DNA of 64,000 nucleotides. Source: Antedon mediterranea (taxonomy: Eukaryota; Animalia; Echinodermata). Positions 12,501 through 27,016 of this stretch are shown here, in pieces. Each line of letters starts with the position of its first letter. Position 1 is the first letter of the stretch. The stretch covers positions 33,663,648-33,727,647 of the forward strand of contig NC_092673.1 of the NCBI RefSeq assembly GCF_964355755.1. Reading direction: 5' to 3'. The notes beneath the pieces were generated by a model. That model did not search any database. It was not told the DNA's origin and worked only from the letters and a program-made list of their open reading frames with translations. Position numbers and translations under genes: made by a program.

Positions 12501-15500
12501 TCAAGTATTTTTTCATGCAAAATGGGGTACAAAATGCCAAAGGTCCATTTTAATATTTTTTAGCATGAAAATCTATCCATATATCAAGCAAATTGACTGC
12601 ATTTGAAAATATCTCCATTGGGATCCCGTTATTATAGGGACACTTTCCCACATATATCTGCCCGAAGATTAACACCATATAATAATAAGTTGATAGCTAA
12701 ATGGGTTGTCACATGTGATGCCTGTGCCATAGGCCAAAGCTTAACCTAAACATGATACAGTCACATCACAACATATGTTATACATATGTGACAATGTATT
12801 ACAGTATTTGCCTATGATACTGGACATAACATTTTGATTTATGTGGAGTTACAGTACAGAGAATCAGGTGGAAAATGATAGTACTTTATTTACACACCAT
12901 CTAACCAGTTGTCACAGCTGAAACAGACCCAAAATACATATTGTGGGATAACCTTGGACGTAATTCGCTGTATATGTGATGGTGTAAAGTTATTAATTCT
13001 GTGACAAATTGAATATATAAACCACAATAGCATACCATTGAGGTACTAATGGTTGGATAATTGGACCTAATGAGGCTTGACATTAACAATAAGAAGATGA
13101 ACAGACTTGATAAACTATCATACCATTAGAGATATTATAATACCAAGCCTGTCTCTTTGTGAATGGACTGACCTTGATACAGTAACCATATTACTTGATT
13201 CATACAAATTTGGAAATAAATGTGCAATCAAATTTTGATTGTTCTTTTTTAATTTTAATAATATGTATAGAACATTTTTAATATAAACATCATTATATAC
13301 TAAATTCTGAACAGACCGGTGATTTACTGAAATTTGAAACAATAAAGATGAGAAAATCTGTAAGATTGAGAAAAAGTCCCCCGAACCGAGATTTGAACCC
13401 GGAACCTTCTGCTTGATATGTAGATGTCCTAACCATTAGACCACTGGGGTTTCCATGGTATTCAAATTCGTATTATAAGAATAACGTCAATATTTAAAGA
13501 ATGATTTTCTGTCTTGCCTTTGAAACTTTTCCAGCAATTTATTTTTTATAATAGTTGTCAATATTCTTGATATGTGATTTTTAATGAAGATATCTTAATC
13601 ATTAATTTATATCAATTAGTAATAATTGAAAATAATATCAACAGTAAATAGTATTTTACAAAATGCTGAATTATGAAAAACTGAATCAAAAGAGAAAGCA
13701 GAACAAGTCAATATAACATATGAGAAGAGAAGAAAAAATGCCTTTATTTGTTCATGCAAAGTTGGACGTCTACCTTTGCATGAATTACGCAACTCGCTAC
13801 TTCGATTTTCATTATTGTAAAAACTTTTAACGTAAGAAGAAAAACGATTCCATATACCTCCTATGAAAAAAATACAATGGCTTATCAGATAATAAATATG
13901 TTGATGGATGCCAAAAAACACTAGTAAAGTAAGATTGCGATTACACTGTGTGATTCTAAAAGGTTGAGAATTTCTTGATGTTTTGGTTGTTGCATAACAA
14001 AGTCTGTTATTACTCCAGAAGATTGTTGGAGGGATTTGGAATGTCTGAGATGCCCATATTTGGTAGGAGACGCCCATTTTGGTAAGAGATACCCACATTT
14101 GGTAGGAGATGCTCGTATTTGGTAGGAGATGCCCGTATTTGGTATGAGATACCCATATTTGGTATAACATGCCCGCATTTGGTAGGAGATGCTCGTACTG
14201 TATTTAGTAGGAGATGCCAATATTTGGTAGAACATGCCTGTATTTGGTAAGAGATTCCCGTATTTGGTAGGGGATGGCCATATTTGGTAGTGAAATGTCT
14301 ATATTTGGTAGATCAGATGAATATGGATAAAAAACATCTGAAAAACTTGTCCTAAAAATGATGACTACGATAATTACTATAGAATGAAATCTTCCTGCTT
14401 CTAAACAATATTAACCAGGTGTTTATAGCATAATTTATCTTGTTAATAAAAGTGTTCTATTTAACAAACAATATATCAATATTATACAGTAGCTAATTAA
14501 GAATTGTTACACCAGCAGCACACGCCATCAGTTAAACTATAGAGGAATTATTAAACAAACTCAACTGATTTATTGAACAGTGACTGAGATTGCATTATGT
14601 CAGCGTGGATTTGAACTCATAATTTTCACTTTACAAACTATATGGTACATTAGTTATGTATGCACTCAATTTTTAAGAGAAATTTCGGGGTAGAGGGTGG
14701 AGGAGTTCCCAGATGCAGAAAACCTCCAGAGTTACAAGAATTTTTTTGAAGGTAAATTGATGGTAAAGTAATTGAGTCATGAAGTGAAACATTTTTTGTT
14801 TTTTTATTATTAAATATCACAATTAAAGAATTCTCAATTATTTTTTACAAATAATAAATTGGAAATAAGATAAACTTACCTGTATTATATCTCGTACATT
14901 TCTGTCGGATGAGTATGAGGTTTGACGCGATTCGTGCCCGATGCACAGCGTTTTTTATTCCAATGTCCAGCAAGTCTTGCTCTGTCAGATGTAACAATGT
15001 CTGTCAAGGACAATAACATGGAAATGTGAATGAAAGCTTAATATTATACAGTCAATTTTCGTTATAATATAATTATAGTCAACTCTCCATAACACCCCTA
15101 GGCCGGTTTAATATGTCTGGTTTCCAGAATTCTGGTATTCGAAATGTGTTTTTAATGGTAACAAGAATCTTTTGGATGATTTTTCAGTTTTCAGAGAGTT
15201 TATTAGGAGAGTACGATTGTACAGTACATTATAATGATTATTATATTTCTGTAATTTAATATATTATTTTACATAAAACATACAAAAAAATAATTTAGTC
15301 TTTTTCCCCTATATTTAAACTTCTATATTATTTTTAACACTCTCTGTGTTGGGTTTGGAACAGGAAGACATGTTAGTGAATAATATTTGCGTTAGCAAAA
15401 ATAATAGCAGCACCGGAATTTAAAGGCACTCCTAAACATTTACAATACGTGAAAGAAAAACACATTGTAAAGACAAATTATTTACCTGAATGATTATAAA

Positions 15501-18500
15501 ATTGGTAAATATTAAGGAAAATTAAGCATGGAAAAACTAGTTCATTTAAGAGCATTATGTAACGAACCAATACCAAGATATGGATGATAACAGAAAAGAA
15601 ATTTAGTTTGATAGTTCGTATCTTTGGTAAAAATAGTATAAAATTTGAACTATTTTATGAACTTGAAAGACATTGTTTATACAGAAGGTGGAATAAATAC
15701 AAAATACCTGAGGCTACAGATTGTGAAGAAAGCATAAAATGATTTTACACCTTTTTATGCTAAAAGGTACTGTAGTATAGAATAGTAAATCGTAATCTTT
15801 TTGATTTAGCAGGATTACCTTCAAAATGTAACCCTATGATAAATATTGTATATCACACACATATTGCTGATTACATTACATGCAGGATGATACAATATTC
15901 ATAAAAAAATTAACATTTATAATATTTATATGTAAAAAAACTATATTGATGGTTTTAATAAAATAAATAAATGACATAAAATATGAAATTTTAGAATTAA
16001 AACAGCAAGAATGAGGTATAAAATATTCTTATTACTAATAAAGAAGATACAGTACTGGTTATTCATAATCATAAAGAATGTAAAAGTAATTTGTTAGAAA
16101 ACTCTCAATAATCAAAACAATAAGAATGCCTTAAGATGACATCTTCAAACCCAACAAAGTTGTCTCCTCAAAATAGGAATGTCCCAAGAATACTGTAGGT
16201 AGACCGTAGTGTTAAAAACATTGCCCCTTGTTTCATTTGGAGTTTGGAAAGTGTCTCTTAAAAGGGCATAGACACGCCTCTATTAAGAGGACACATTGTT
16301 GGTTCCCAAAAGTGTCCTCTTAATAGGGCATAGACACGCCTCTATTAAGAGGACACATTGTTGGTTCCCAAAAGTGTTCTCTTATTAATAGAGATTCTAC
16401 AGTATCATTATGTACACTAAGAACACAGTGTTAACATTTGGTCAAATAAAAATAACACATTTTAGCTAAAAATCTAATAACATGCTTTATGATATTATAC
16501 AGTAATTGATACAGTACTATAATGATAATAATAACGATAACATAATAATACAAAATTAAATGTTTATACCACAAAGACGATGAAAACTAACAGAGATGAT
16601 TTTAAAGTACATACCACTGAATGCTTGTCCGATTCAAAAAATAAAATGAAATCCAACAAAATTATGAGAAATTATGTTATACTTTAGCTATGAATCATAA
16701 CTGCTTAGCAAATCCTTTATCAAACACGGAAAACCTTGAGAAATGATCCTAGAATGAATGACTGGAATATGACCAGCATCGGGATGAGGATTAAACTTGG
16801 AATGATATCACGGTTGAATTCCTTAACCAATAAAAATCCTAGATAGAATATTATTAATATGAGAGGAGGAAGGGAGTGTTATTTCTAATCAAAGGTATCA
16901 ATATCAATACAGTGTTTGGATTTATATCAGAGTAAACAATAAAAATCAACGAAAAAATTTACAATCCGAGTGTATTTAACAGTGTTATTCCAATCAAATT
17001 AATGGTAAAAAACAGCATAGGAATCTATGACATCACAGTTACAATTAAAATACAGGAAAGAGTTGACAATCCAAGTGTTTTTCAATCCAGGAAAAAGTTC
17101 AAAATCTGAATATTCATCAAGGAGTGTTATTCCGAATCAATTGCACACTACAATACAGTACACAGTATTCTGTAGCAAAGTTGATCTGATTAAAAAACCA
17201 CAGAATCAGTCATTATATAGACAACAACTATTGGTAATTTGTAAGTGGGTGGAATGCCAGTTTCAGAAGTACCCACTGGGAATGTTATCCCGACCAATTA
17301 CCTATCTATTGAGAGTAATTTCCATGTGGGAGCTAGGAATTTTGAACTGGTACAGTGCTTTTATTGTGTCCAATGATAATTAGATAAACATTTGACAAAC
17401 TTGTACTGTATTGGTTAAGAAATAGTAAACTATGAATTTATACATTTAAAATATATAATACTGGCAGTATTAATGTTATTATTGATATTCTCTATTGGTA
17501 ATGTCCATGTGTGGAAATTGGGAAAGTTTAACTGGCACTGACAATTATTCCATTATTGGCATTAACTGTGCCGTTTAAAATCTGTAACTTCAAGTGGGAA
17601 TGGAACAGTTAATTGATCCACGTAATGTTTGGTGTCCGTAACTTCCAAGAGGCATTTGGCAATGTTCAATTGGCACCGTCAATTATTCAATTCACTGCTG
17701 CCGTTTTTCTTCCGTAATTTCCAAGAGGAATTTGGCGATATGTTTAACTGGCACTATCAATTATTCCATTCACTGTGATGCCGTTTTTTTCTAGTAATTT
17801 CCGGATTTTGGGAAACTTCTAAGATAGGAAATGTTCAACAAGCACTGCGGAATATTCCATCAAATAATAAACACCTCTATCTTTGATTTCTATAGATTTC
17901 AACTTCCAGATGACAATTTGAAATGTTCAACTGGAACAACTGATTATTGCGTGTAATAAAATATCTCATTCTCCATATTGCAACATGACAAAAGTCAACT
18001 GATGGCTATCAAGTGTTATTAACTCACCTACCTGTTATTGTTGTCATAACAGTACTAAGTCTACCATATAACACAGGTAGTTTAACTTTGCTTTACGTTG
18101 CTGTTTTGTTGATATTTAAGTATTCAATGACTTGATTAACAATAAGAAGGTAGGAGAGTATAACAGAAGGTGGCAGACTGGAAGAATTGTGCACTCTGGT
18201 GTTATAACGCACAGGGTCAAGGGTCAATCAATAGTATATTTATATCAAACAGAGATTTAAGTTACAGTGAAGTATAATATCTGTATGATTACAGCAAAGA
18301 GGAGTGTCAATAATTTTGAATATATGTACCGTATTGCCTCGATAATAAGCCTACTCCATTTGTTCAAGAAATTTGGTCACGTTTAGGGAAGAGAAAACAT
18401 ACAACCGAGAAACAATGTTTTAAGATATTTTAAAATAAAATTACACAAACTTGCTGTTTAATAATTTACAAAATTAGTAAAAAGCTGATTTAATTATATT

Positions 18501-21500
18501 AGTGGCAGAGTTTACTGTACAACTTCCAAATAAAATTATATAATATAAATATTGTATAAATAACAACAAATGTTTTAGACATTCATTGTTAATGTTAACA
18601 CTTCGGCTGAAAGTTAATCAATATGTAGACAATCAACACTCCCTAGCTTATTTATTTGTTTATTTATCTAATACCATCTTTAATAAGGGTGGCCCATCAA
18701 ATTCCAGTGAAGGAACTGATTATTAAGAGCCCTCAATAAATACATAACTTATAATTATATAATATTAAATATTTAGAATAATATATAAAATCGGTACATT
18801 AAAAGTTAAAATCATTTTTTTAAATAGAACAGAAGATCATTTTAACTATAAGAAAATAGTAAAATTAACTCACATCAACCGTTGTGTGCGGTTTAAAGTT
18901 GTCGACATATTGCTCGAGTTGCAATGTTTTCAACCAAATATCAACTCCAACTCCTTGATTCATCATATCATCTGCGTATGTAAAAAAAAAGGTTAGTACC
19001 GTCTTAGAAAATAATCCTAATATGTTAACTGTTGAGTACTGTCAAGTATTGAATAAACCACAGTGTAAACAGCTGTATTCCACACAGTACTACGATAGGG
19101 AAATCCCACTGACGGTACTTTGTAGCTTTATGATCTTGTATTGCTGTATGGAGTAACTTTTACTATTGTTTAAAGTTAAATAACATCAATATATCAATAT
19201 AATACAATAATATACGGGATGAGGATTAACTTGGAATGACATCACGGTTACATTTTTCAACCAATAAACATCCTGTTAGGAAAGAAAGAATCTTATTCCA
19301 AATGAAATTACTGGTAGTGTTATTAAACAACATTGGGATCTGTGACATCACAGTAAACAATTTGAAATCCTTTTAGGAAAGAGTTTAAATACAACAGGAA
19401 AAGGGAGTGTTATTCCCATTGGAATTACTGGTAGTATCATTAACAACATTGGGATGTATGACATCACAACAATAAAAATCCTGTTTTGAAAGGGTTTACA
19501 ATCCAATTGTTTAAGGAGTGTTATTTTCATATAAAATGACGTAACCCACTACAATTATTGGTGTTTTAATATCATTGTGAAATAGTATACTTAACTCATG
19601 AATATCATAAGACAATATCTTTACTAGAAAATCATACATATTTTCTTTCCTATTCTTAAATATTGTACGATTTATTCCTTCACAATATTGAATATGAAAT
19701 CATAATCATAATCCAACAATATCTCATGATGCGGCAACGGTTTCCTATGCTTCATGTTGGTCATATAAAACAACAATCGAGTGAGTTACGTTTCTTCCAA
19801 ACTTTCACATATTTTACTGAAATTTAAAAAACTTTTACCATTTATAAATCATTTTAAACTTACCTCCTGCTATATTTTCATTAATTGAAAATAGTAATTT
19901 CAAACGTATTCTGATTGTTTCTCCTCGAAATTGTTACTGCTATCAATCAATACACAAACTGCGTACTTCACAATTCAAGTTTACTTACTAAATAACAATT
20001 GCCTACTGTCCTTAATGAAATATCAGAAGCATTATCTGTCTGCAATAGATAACTACAAATAAGGACTTTGATCGTCATGTCCAAAGCATACACCATTAAC
20101 ATGAATTGCACATGTACTCGTACGGTCATTAACGCAATTGTGTACATGTCTAAATCTTACGCAAGCCCGTCAACTCGAATACTACAGTATATCAATAACT
20201 GATACAATAGAACAGGAAATAAGATAGGATTTATCAAGTAAAGTTCACAATGAAATCACACCTCAAGAGACAATTAAAATGTTTCAAGTTCAAAGTCGGA
20301 TCGGCTAATTCCCTTACTTTATCTTCAAAGGGAAACAATTACCCAGCTGTTCTTGAGACAATGGGAACAATTAACAAACAGTAAAGCAATTAATTAAACA
20401 ATAAAGACATTGAACAATCAAATTATTTACCAGTATTAAACATAAAGTAGTTGATTGGCATACACTATACATGAACAACCGGAACTGGAGTGAAGTGGTA
20501 GAGTGGGAGGGGCACTGTAAACCCATGGACCTATAGGTCCATAGTAAACCAAAGTCATGGAATCGGCACAGGTTCAATGCTCTCTCTCTCTCCAGTTCTG
20601 GTAGTAAACTTAAAACTGGAGGTAAGGTTCAATGTGCACATCTTTCAAAAGAAGGGGGGGGGGTGGGGGGTTTACCCGGGTACGGTAATTGTTTGTGTAT
20701 GAAATACACATACCATCAGCATGAATTTGTCATCATCAAGAACAAAACTAATTTCATAAACTTTCATACAATTAACCAATCTAATCTTTATGACATCATC
20801 AAAAGTCAATCAATTAACCAATAAAGCAGTCAATCAATCAACCAATCATAACAGAGCTGATGATGACCTATGGTCAAATTTACTGTTCAATCAATCATTA
20901 AACTGTCAATAACTAATCAATCAAACAATCTATTAATCAAGTAAATAGTGATTTTGTTGATGTAAAGTATTATATGGACAGTTCCTATAGAGCAAAAGAA
21001 TACAGTTATAAAAACATATTTGAAAAAAAAGGCACTTTCTTGCCAAGAAAAATGGGTCAAAAACATTTTTAGCGGTCTCAATTTGACCTCACCCACAACT
21101 TTTTTAATCAATTTTACTGAATATGATCTTTGGTGATGAGGAAGAGATAATTTTAAGAAAGTTGTTTTGTGGTATATAAAAATTAATAATATTTATAATC
21201 TATGATTTTGCTGTGACTCGAGCCAGCAACCTTTTACATAAAATTAGACAATGGTTGAATGTTTAAGTAGAACCCATCCTTTGGGACACTCTTACTTTAG
21301 CGGTTTTGATCACACGGGACACTTTTATATTTTAACGACCAATAGAAAATATATGTTTAAAGGGGCATTTTATTTCATATAACTATCAAGGGGAAATAAC
21401 ACTACAGCCAATCACTATTCAGAGGACACCGCTATTAAAGCGACATTATTTCATATAACTATCATGGGGAAATATATGTTTTAACACTACTACCAAACCC

Positions 21501-24500
21501 TATTCGGAGGACACTCCTATTAAAGGGACATTTTTTTTGGTGCCGAATGTGTTCCCTTAATAAGGGTTCCTTCTACTGCAGCATCATGGTCAAAGTAATC
21601 CTTACACCCTATCACAGCAAGATTTAAATTTTAAAATACCTTAATAATCTTATTTGTGGTAGCACAGTTTTTATTACCATTGTGCTTAATGTCCTTGGAC
21701 CTCAAAAAGTTCTCCTTTACAACATCTTCGGCTAATTACCATAATAAGACTTATTTTATTTACCATTGTTTGATAAACGTGACACATTAGACTACTAATT
21801 GTTAAACAATGCCTCTAGCGTATTTAGTACTTTGTAGGTTTTCTATGATGGCCTGTTAATCTATTGATAATTCTACACTACGCTTTGAAAGAAATTTTAA
21901 AATAATTTATAAGAAACAAAATATATTTGCCTCCTAAAAAAAATAATTTAAACATTTTGTTGTTGTTAAATAAACCATTAGAATGTCTCATAGTTATTAT
22001 TCACTTTGACCAAAAATTGGATACAAACAAATATTCACTTGATAAAACCGCAATTTATTTTTAAAAAATTCAACAAAATCAACCGGAAGCCTATAGTCTA
22101 GAAGACAACATGTTTCTTGTTATAAGCAACATTTTAAAGTGTTATTTTTCCCCCATCCACTGTAACTTTTAAAAAGTCTTGGATATTGTTCATGCGTCAT
22201 TAAAAATAGACCAGTAAAATAGAATTTATATGCTTTATTTTTCGATAATAAAAGATTTTCACAAAGAAGCAACAAAGTAATTGTTGTGTATAGGTGAGTG
22301 CACAGTAAAGCATTCATACAATATTTATATAAAATCTGATAACATTTGTTTAACATGTGTAATATACTTACTAATAATATACCACCTTTGATCATGACAT
22401 GATCATTGTGAAAGCTAAACCCAGACTAATAAGCATATAAATAGCAATGTAATAACCCGTGTCTATGAAATTCTGGGGACGTCCCCGAATAACTCGGTCA
22501 TTAATAGGCTAATAATTTCGATTTTAAGACCAAATGAATAAAAAACAGAAATGTTTTATATATTCAGGAACCAACATTGGAAATGTAATATTAAATAGAA
22601 CTAATTAATATTTAATATTTAATATTAAATACCTGATATTGAAGAGTTTAAACAAATTTGAAATATATTGTCAAATAATAAATAAAACAAGAAACTCACA
22701 TATAATTTATTCCAAGTATTGAAGAAGTAAAGAAATCTAAAATTGTGTTACAACAAGAAACTGACGTTTATTCCTGGTATTGAGGAGCTGAACAAATTTG
22801 AAATGTGTTGTCTGCATTCTTGTACAATGTCTATATTTACCTAGAATCTTCACAATAGGCAAGAACAATTCAAAATACTCATGTCCAATGCCGTTCACTT
22901 TGAGATGTATATGCCAATTCACCTTACTGTTGTTAGGGTGATGTTTGCGCCTCTGAATAAGAGATTCCCATGGTCATGATTCCATAAGGGCTCCCATCTT
23001 CTTAAACTTTGACATTATTATCTAATATAGGTGATAATGTATTGATGTATTCTCAATTGTAATTGGTTGGATGCCTTCTTATTATATCATATATTTTCAT
23101 AATATTAACTTGTGTATAATAAATAATATAATAAATATAATATGCAATGATCTGAACCCAATTTATGAAATAATTAGGAATCACATCTGTATAGCATGAT
23201 TTAACAAATATAAAGCTCTGTCTACACTATCAAAATTTAGACAATAAAATGTGATATATGGACATGATGTCATATAACTACCATATTAGGGCACATCACT
23301 ACCATATTTCGGCACATCACATTTATTTTTGTCAAACTAGTTTGATAGTGTAGAAATAGCATCTTCAGCTCTGTCTACACTAACTATCAAATTTTATGTG
23401 ACAAAAAAGTGTGATATGCCCAAATATGGTAGTGATATGCCCAAATATAGTAGTGATATGACATCATCACATCCATTATTATAGGGGCATCACATTTTTT
23501 TGTCACATAAAGTTTGATAAGTGTAGACAGAGCTTAAGATGTTATTTTTTGTAAATATAATTTTACCTGCCACACATTTATAACAAATTATTTCAGACGG
23601 ATAAGATATGAAAATTATTATTAATTCCATAAAAATGTACAAAAAAACATGTAGAAGGAAGTCAAAAGAAGGTTAAAACAAATAAGAAAAACTAAAGGTG
23701 TAGTAAGAAATAGGCCTAAAGTTTGTTGAATTTGAATTTGTAGTATTCCAGTTTACCTTAAATAATACCTTAAATACAAAACATGAAAAGAAAGAGTGCT
23801 GCAACTATTTTTTTTTACATTTACAAACTTTGTAATATTGTTTGTTGGGGAGGGGAATGCCCTGTCATTTTTAAAAACACCGCAAACGTTACTTAAACCT
23901 GTATGAGCTTGAAGGGAGTTTACGAAGCCCCAGACTTTCAGTTCTTGTCTCGTGAAAATGTTAATCTTGGTTACAACCCAAAATCCCTGAAGTACATTAC
24001 AACCTTCCCTCTATTTTGGGTAAAACAAAAAAAACTTTAAAAAACAATGATCACATTTTGGAAACAAAATGAGAACATTTTGCAAACAAAATTAAAAAAT
24101 TCTGATTCATCGATAAATTAATTTTTCATTTTATTTTAAATAATTTTGACTGTCAACGTAAAAATTCTCTGGACAGTTGAATCTGTGTGCACTGTTTAGA
24201 AAAGTAGTGAGACTTCCTCAATACACAAGTGACTCAATGCATATCACTTTTTATAAACAGAATGAGTCTGAAATGCTGCATGACTCATACACCAGTAGAA
24301 ACATGATTAACAAACTCGTATTCAACATTTTAGTTTCTGTTACTTTCTTTAATAATGAAAATCAAACAAAGTTTATGTAATTTACCAACGTAAATTGAAG
24401 TTTACAGTTTCCTAATGTTGCACTCTTCTGTTTTATTCTTAATTTAAATTCAATATTGATAACTAAAACACTATAATTAGTCAATGAACAACAAAGTTTG

Positions 24501-25988
24501 CCTATATGTATACATTTAACAATACTAGATATTTAAATTTTAGCTATCTGAACTGCAAGGATAAAATTAATATTGCTTCATGCTAATTTGTCTATAAATT
24601 GGTAAAGATGATTTTTAGTATTAGTTTAAAAAGTGAAAAATCCAATTTAAATTGTAACCTTATTTAGTCGTTTTTATGTTTTTTTACAATTACTGCCATA
24701 TCTACATAGACTGCAATAACGATGTGATTTGATGTTAGTTTCAAAAGTACATGTTTATGAGGCAGTCTCTACAATAAAAAGTATGTATATATGCCGATAA
24801 AAAGCTTGAAAAATAATAGCATAAACGTATAGCAAACAAAATGTATTTACTGTACTGCAGTAACTGCAGTGGAATCATTTGTATATGGTGCATAAATATT
24901 ACACACAAGATTTAAATTGTGAAAATAAAACTTTTCTAGAAAATAAAACCCTTTTGTTAAAATTTGTTTAATAATAATATTAATTTAATATTGAAAATGA
25001 ACCCTTATAGTAACTGACATGATTACTCATATATTTGATAAAGGTCATGCAAAGTACTTAGAATTAAATTAAGAATGCTAAGTGTTTTTTATAATCATGT
25101 TTCATATCAATTCCAAGCTTGTCAATAAAGGCGCTCTACTCACAAAGCATCAAATTAGGTCATAAAACCGATATAATTTAACTAAAAACTGTATGAAATA
25201 TAAGATGAACAAATAACGTTCGAAATATAATCATTATTTTTTGCCTCACATTTTTTTGGATTTTTTTTTTTATATTATATCAAACTTATTTGGTATTATA
25301 TATTAAAATAATATTTTTATATTTGCACTAACCAGAAATTTGTTACCCTATAATCTAAAATGTAGGACTAGCACCATTTAAGCTGCACCATTTTTTTCCC
25401 CTGACATCAAAAGAGGTCACAAAGAGGTCATCCATTTGACAGATAACATCTAGTTTATGTAAGAAGTGTCATGCAAAATGTAAATATTTCCAAATTAACA
25501 TTTTAGTAACCAAATCAAATTTGTCTTAATTTCTAGTACAAAGTAGAATTGTATAATCACATTTTTATACAAATTTTTCCTAATCAGGGGAGGATGGGCT
25601 TATTATGCACCAAAGGTGGGCTTGTAATTGAGTACGGAATTGTAAACTTACTGAATAATTCCAATGCTGCCAGTTGCACGTCAGGTTTTCTATCGACGGA
25701 TGAATATATTGAATTTTCTTCGGTAATATCTATAGTTGGAAGTTCCACTGTTGGACTACTAATCGACATTATCTGCTTCTGTTTGTTTTTACTTCTTCCT
25801 CTGTGCTCAGACATCCCTCGTCGTAAACCAGCAAGGTCAATTTCTGTCTTTGCACTGCCATTTTTACTGCTCTCTTTCCTAAATGATTTTGATCTTCCAA
25901 GTTTAGGTATCAACGACCAGCGTTTGCGGCCTTTCTTAGATTCCTTATCGTCCTGCGAGTTTTGTTCGTCCTTACCCCTTCGTTCCAT
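6545..25988 (-). CDS. BCAR3: BCAR3/SH2D3 (NSP)-family adaptor: SAM + SH2 + RasGEF-like domain, ~891 aa, 9 coding exons
   Basis: Exons (-): 25652-25988, 18874-18971, 14880-15000, 12011-12080, 11684-11708, 9372-10592, 8388-8485, 7654-7822, 6545-7081. All GT-AG and phase-compatible, 2676 nt total. SH2 motifs HAWFHGGISREQA and GEFLVRDSISKPG. NSP GEF-like motifs GLELLTLPQGSYLRSDLQER, LGDMFAFAAIMEGL and FRTELHMVVLWGQKG. The first coding exon is less certain than the rest; the symbol denotes the family. Confidence 0.88.
9372..10592 (-). CDS. BCAR3: Large exon of the BCAR3-like gene (SH2 domain, Tyr/Pro-rich linker, start of GEF-like domain)
   Basis: 1221-nt phase 0-0 exon inside ORF 9336..10568; acceptor ctccacag|TTTTAC, donor GAG|gtaag; FLVRDS motif. 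Confidence 0.93.
11315..11545. repeat. Tandem duplication, ~131-bp period
   Basis: aactattattaattttaataat...ggaaaccactggtgcataacacaagtga occurs at ~11315 and ~11446. Confidence 0.85.
13375..13453 (-). mobile_element. tRNA-like element (SINE head or tRNA pseudogene)
   Basis: Minus strand reads accccagTGGTCTAATGGTTAGGac...ccggGTTCAAATctcgg then tttt. A and B boxes are present, but acceptor and anticodon stems are mismatched. Confidence 0.55.
14048..14312. repeat. ~20-bp minisatellite (~12 copies)
   Basis: Repeats of cccatatttggtaggagatg with variants. Confidence 0.9.
14880..18971 (-). CDS. Two exons encoding the SAM domain of the BCAR3-like gene
   Basis: 18874-18971 gives MMNQGVGVDIWLKTLQLEQYVDNFKPHTTVD and 14880-15000 gives TLLHLTEQDLLDIGIKNAVHRARIASNL. 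Together they match the SAM pattern WL..L.LEQY...F / LL.LT..DL..IGI....HR.RI. Confidence 0.85.
16193..16403. mobile_element. Short non-autonomous element (gggacac/gtgtccc family) with an internal ~63-bp duplication
   Basis: Shares aggacac...ggttcccaaaagtgtcctcttaat and tactgta/tacagta-type ends with copies near 5880-5990, 21270-21580, 26928-27016 and 55937-56000. TA-flanked Tc1/pogo-like MITE by inference. Confidence 0.55.
23214..23534. mobile_element. Two adjacent copies of a MITE with TIR agctctgtctacactatcaaa (PIF/Harbinger-like)
   Basis: TIR agctctgtctacact...agtgtagacagagct; pair flanked by taa/taa; internal tgtgatatgcccaaatatggtagtgat repeats. Confidence 0.85.
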
Positions 25989-26927
25989 TATATCGAAATG
26001 TGCATGCCGGTACACGATAAAATAATGTTTTCACGTGATAAAATACTGTTAAGCAAAGTGAAACTCGACTTGGACAGTGTTCAAGTCGTTGCATTCTATC
26101 GAAATGACAATCTGAAAATCTCAACCAGTAAGCTGCGGACACTGTAGCATGCTGGAACCGTAAAAGATAACTGAACAATCTGTTACATGTTGTGTTTTCC
26201 ACAATGATTCACAAAATAAGGCATGACTGGTCAAGGATAATAGTTCATCGTACTACTACGTAAATGAAAAAAACAATTTTGAAGGAAGGGATAACAAAAA
26301 CTTTCAATCACATATAATAACCAGAAAACAAGATATAATATAAGTACATCTTCAACAAAACTGTTAATCCAAAAGTTTGTTAAAATATTTTATAATGGAA
26401 CAAAATGTTTAAATGGAAACTGGATCAAGAGAGAGACTCCGATTGGTTGATAAATAATACTTGTATCCTGTACTACACACACTGACTGCTCTATATTATC
26501 ACCACAGAAACTAGAAACTGTTCAAGTGTCAATAAACATGATAATTAGTTAGGCTTATTAACAGATAAGTGATTTTACAATTAATATGCCTCTACAAGTA
26601 TTATTGTTTCCTCAATTAAGATTTTTTTTACAAGTTTTGTGATAAAATTACAATTTATGCAAAAAAGAAAGATAAAACGGATAATAATAATGATATAATC
26701 ATATGATATGGAAAGATATTTAATAATCAGAAAGAATAAAATAATAATTAACAAAATGAATAAAATATTAACTGTTCTGATTGCTTTGTTTACTTAATAA
26801 AAACATAAAACTAACAATTAAAAAAACCAGAAATTGGGTCAAGTTTTTAGGGTTATTTGGAAGAATAAACTCCAAGGCCATTTATTTGGTGTTATACACA
26901 AAATAGAATATGTTAATTTATGGTTTG

Positions 26928-27016
26928 TACTGTGGTCAACCTATTCTGGGGACACTCCTATTAAAGGGACACTTTTTGGTGTCCCAATGTGTCCCCTTAA
27001 TTAAGATTCTACTGTA
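26928..27016. mobile_element. Short MITE (gggacac family)
   Basis: ggggacactcctattaaagggacactttttggtgtcccaatgtgtccccttaat...tctactgta; dispersed copies across the window. Confidence 0.55.

Noticed and set aside
13375-13453. Functional tRNA gene
   Set aside because: Mismatched acceptor and anticodon stems and an atypical anticodon loop; kept only as tRNA-like.
13616-14235. 184-aa and 104-aa minus-strand ORFs
   Set aside because: They run through a 20-bp minisatellite and low-complexity intron, with no phase-compatible role in the gene.
16780-19510. Dispersed similar segments (gggatgaggattaa..., gagtgttattcc) as a structured system
   Set aside because: Old, degenerate local duplications in an intron, with no definable unit or coding signal.
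25549-26025. 158-aa plus-strand ORF
   Set aside because: Antisense shadow of the minus-strand exon 25652-25988.
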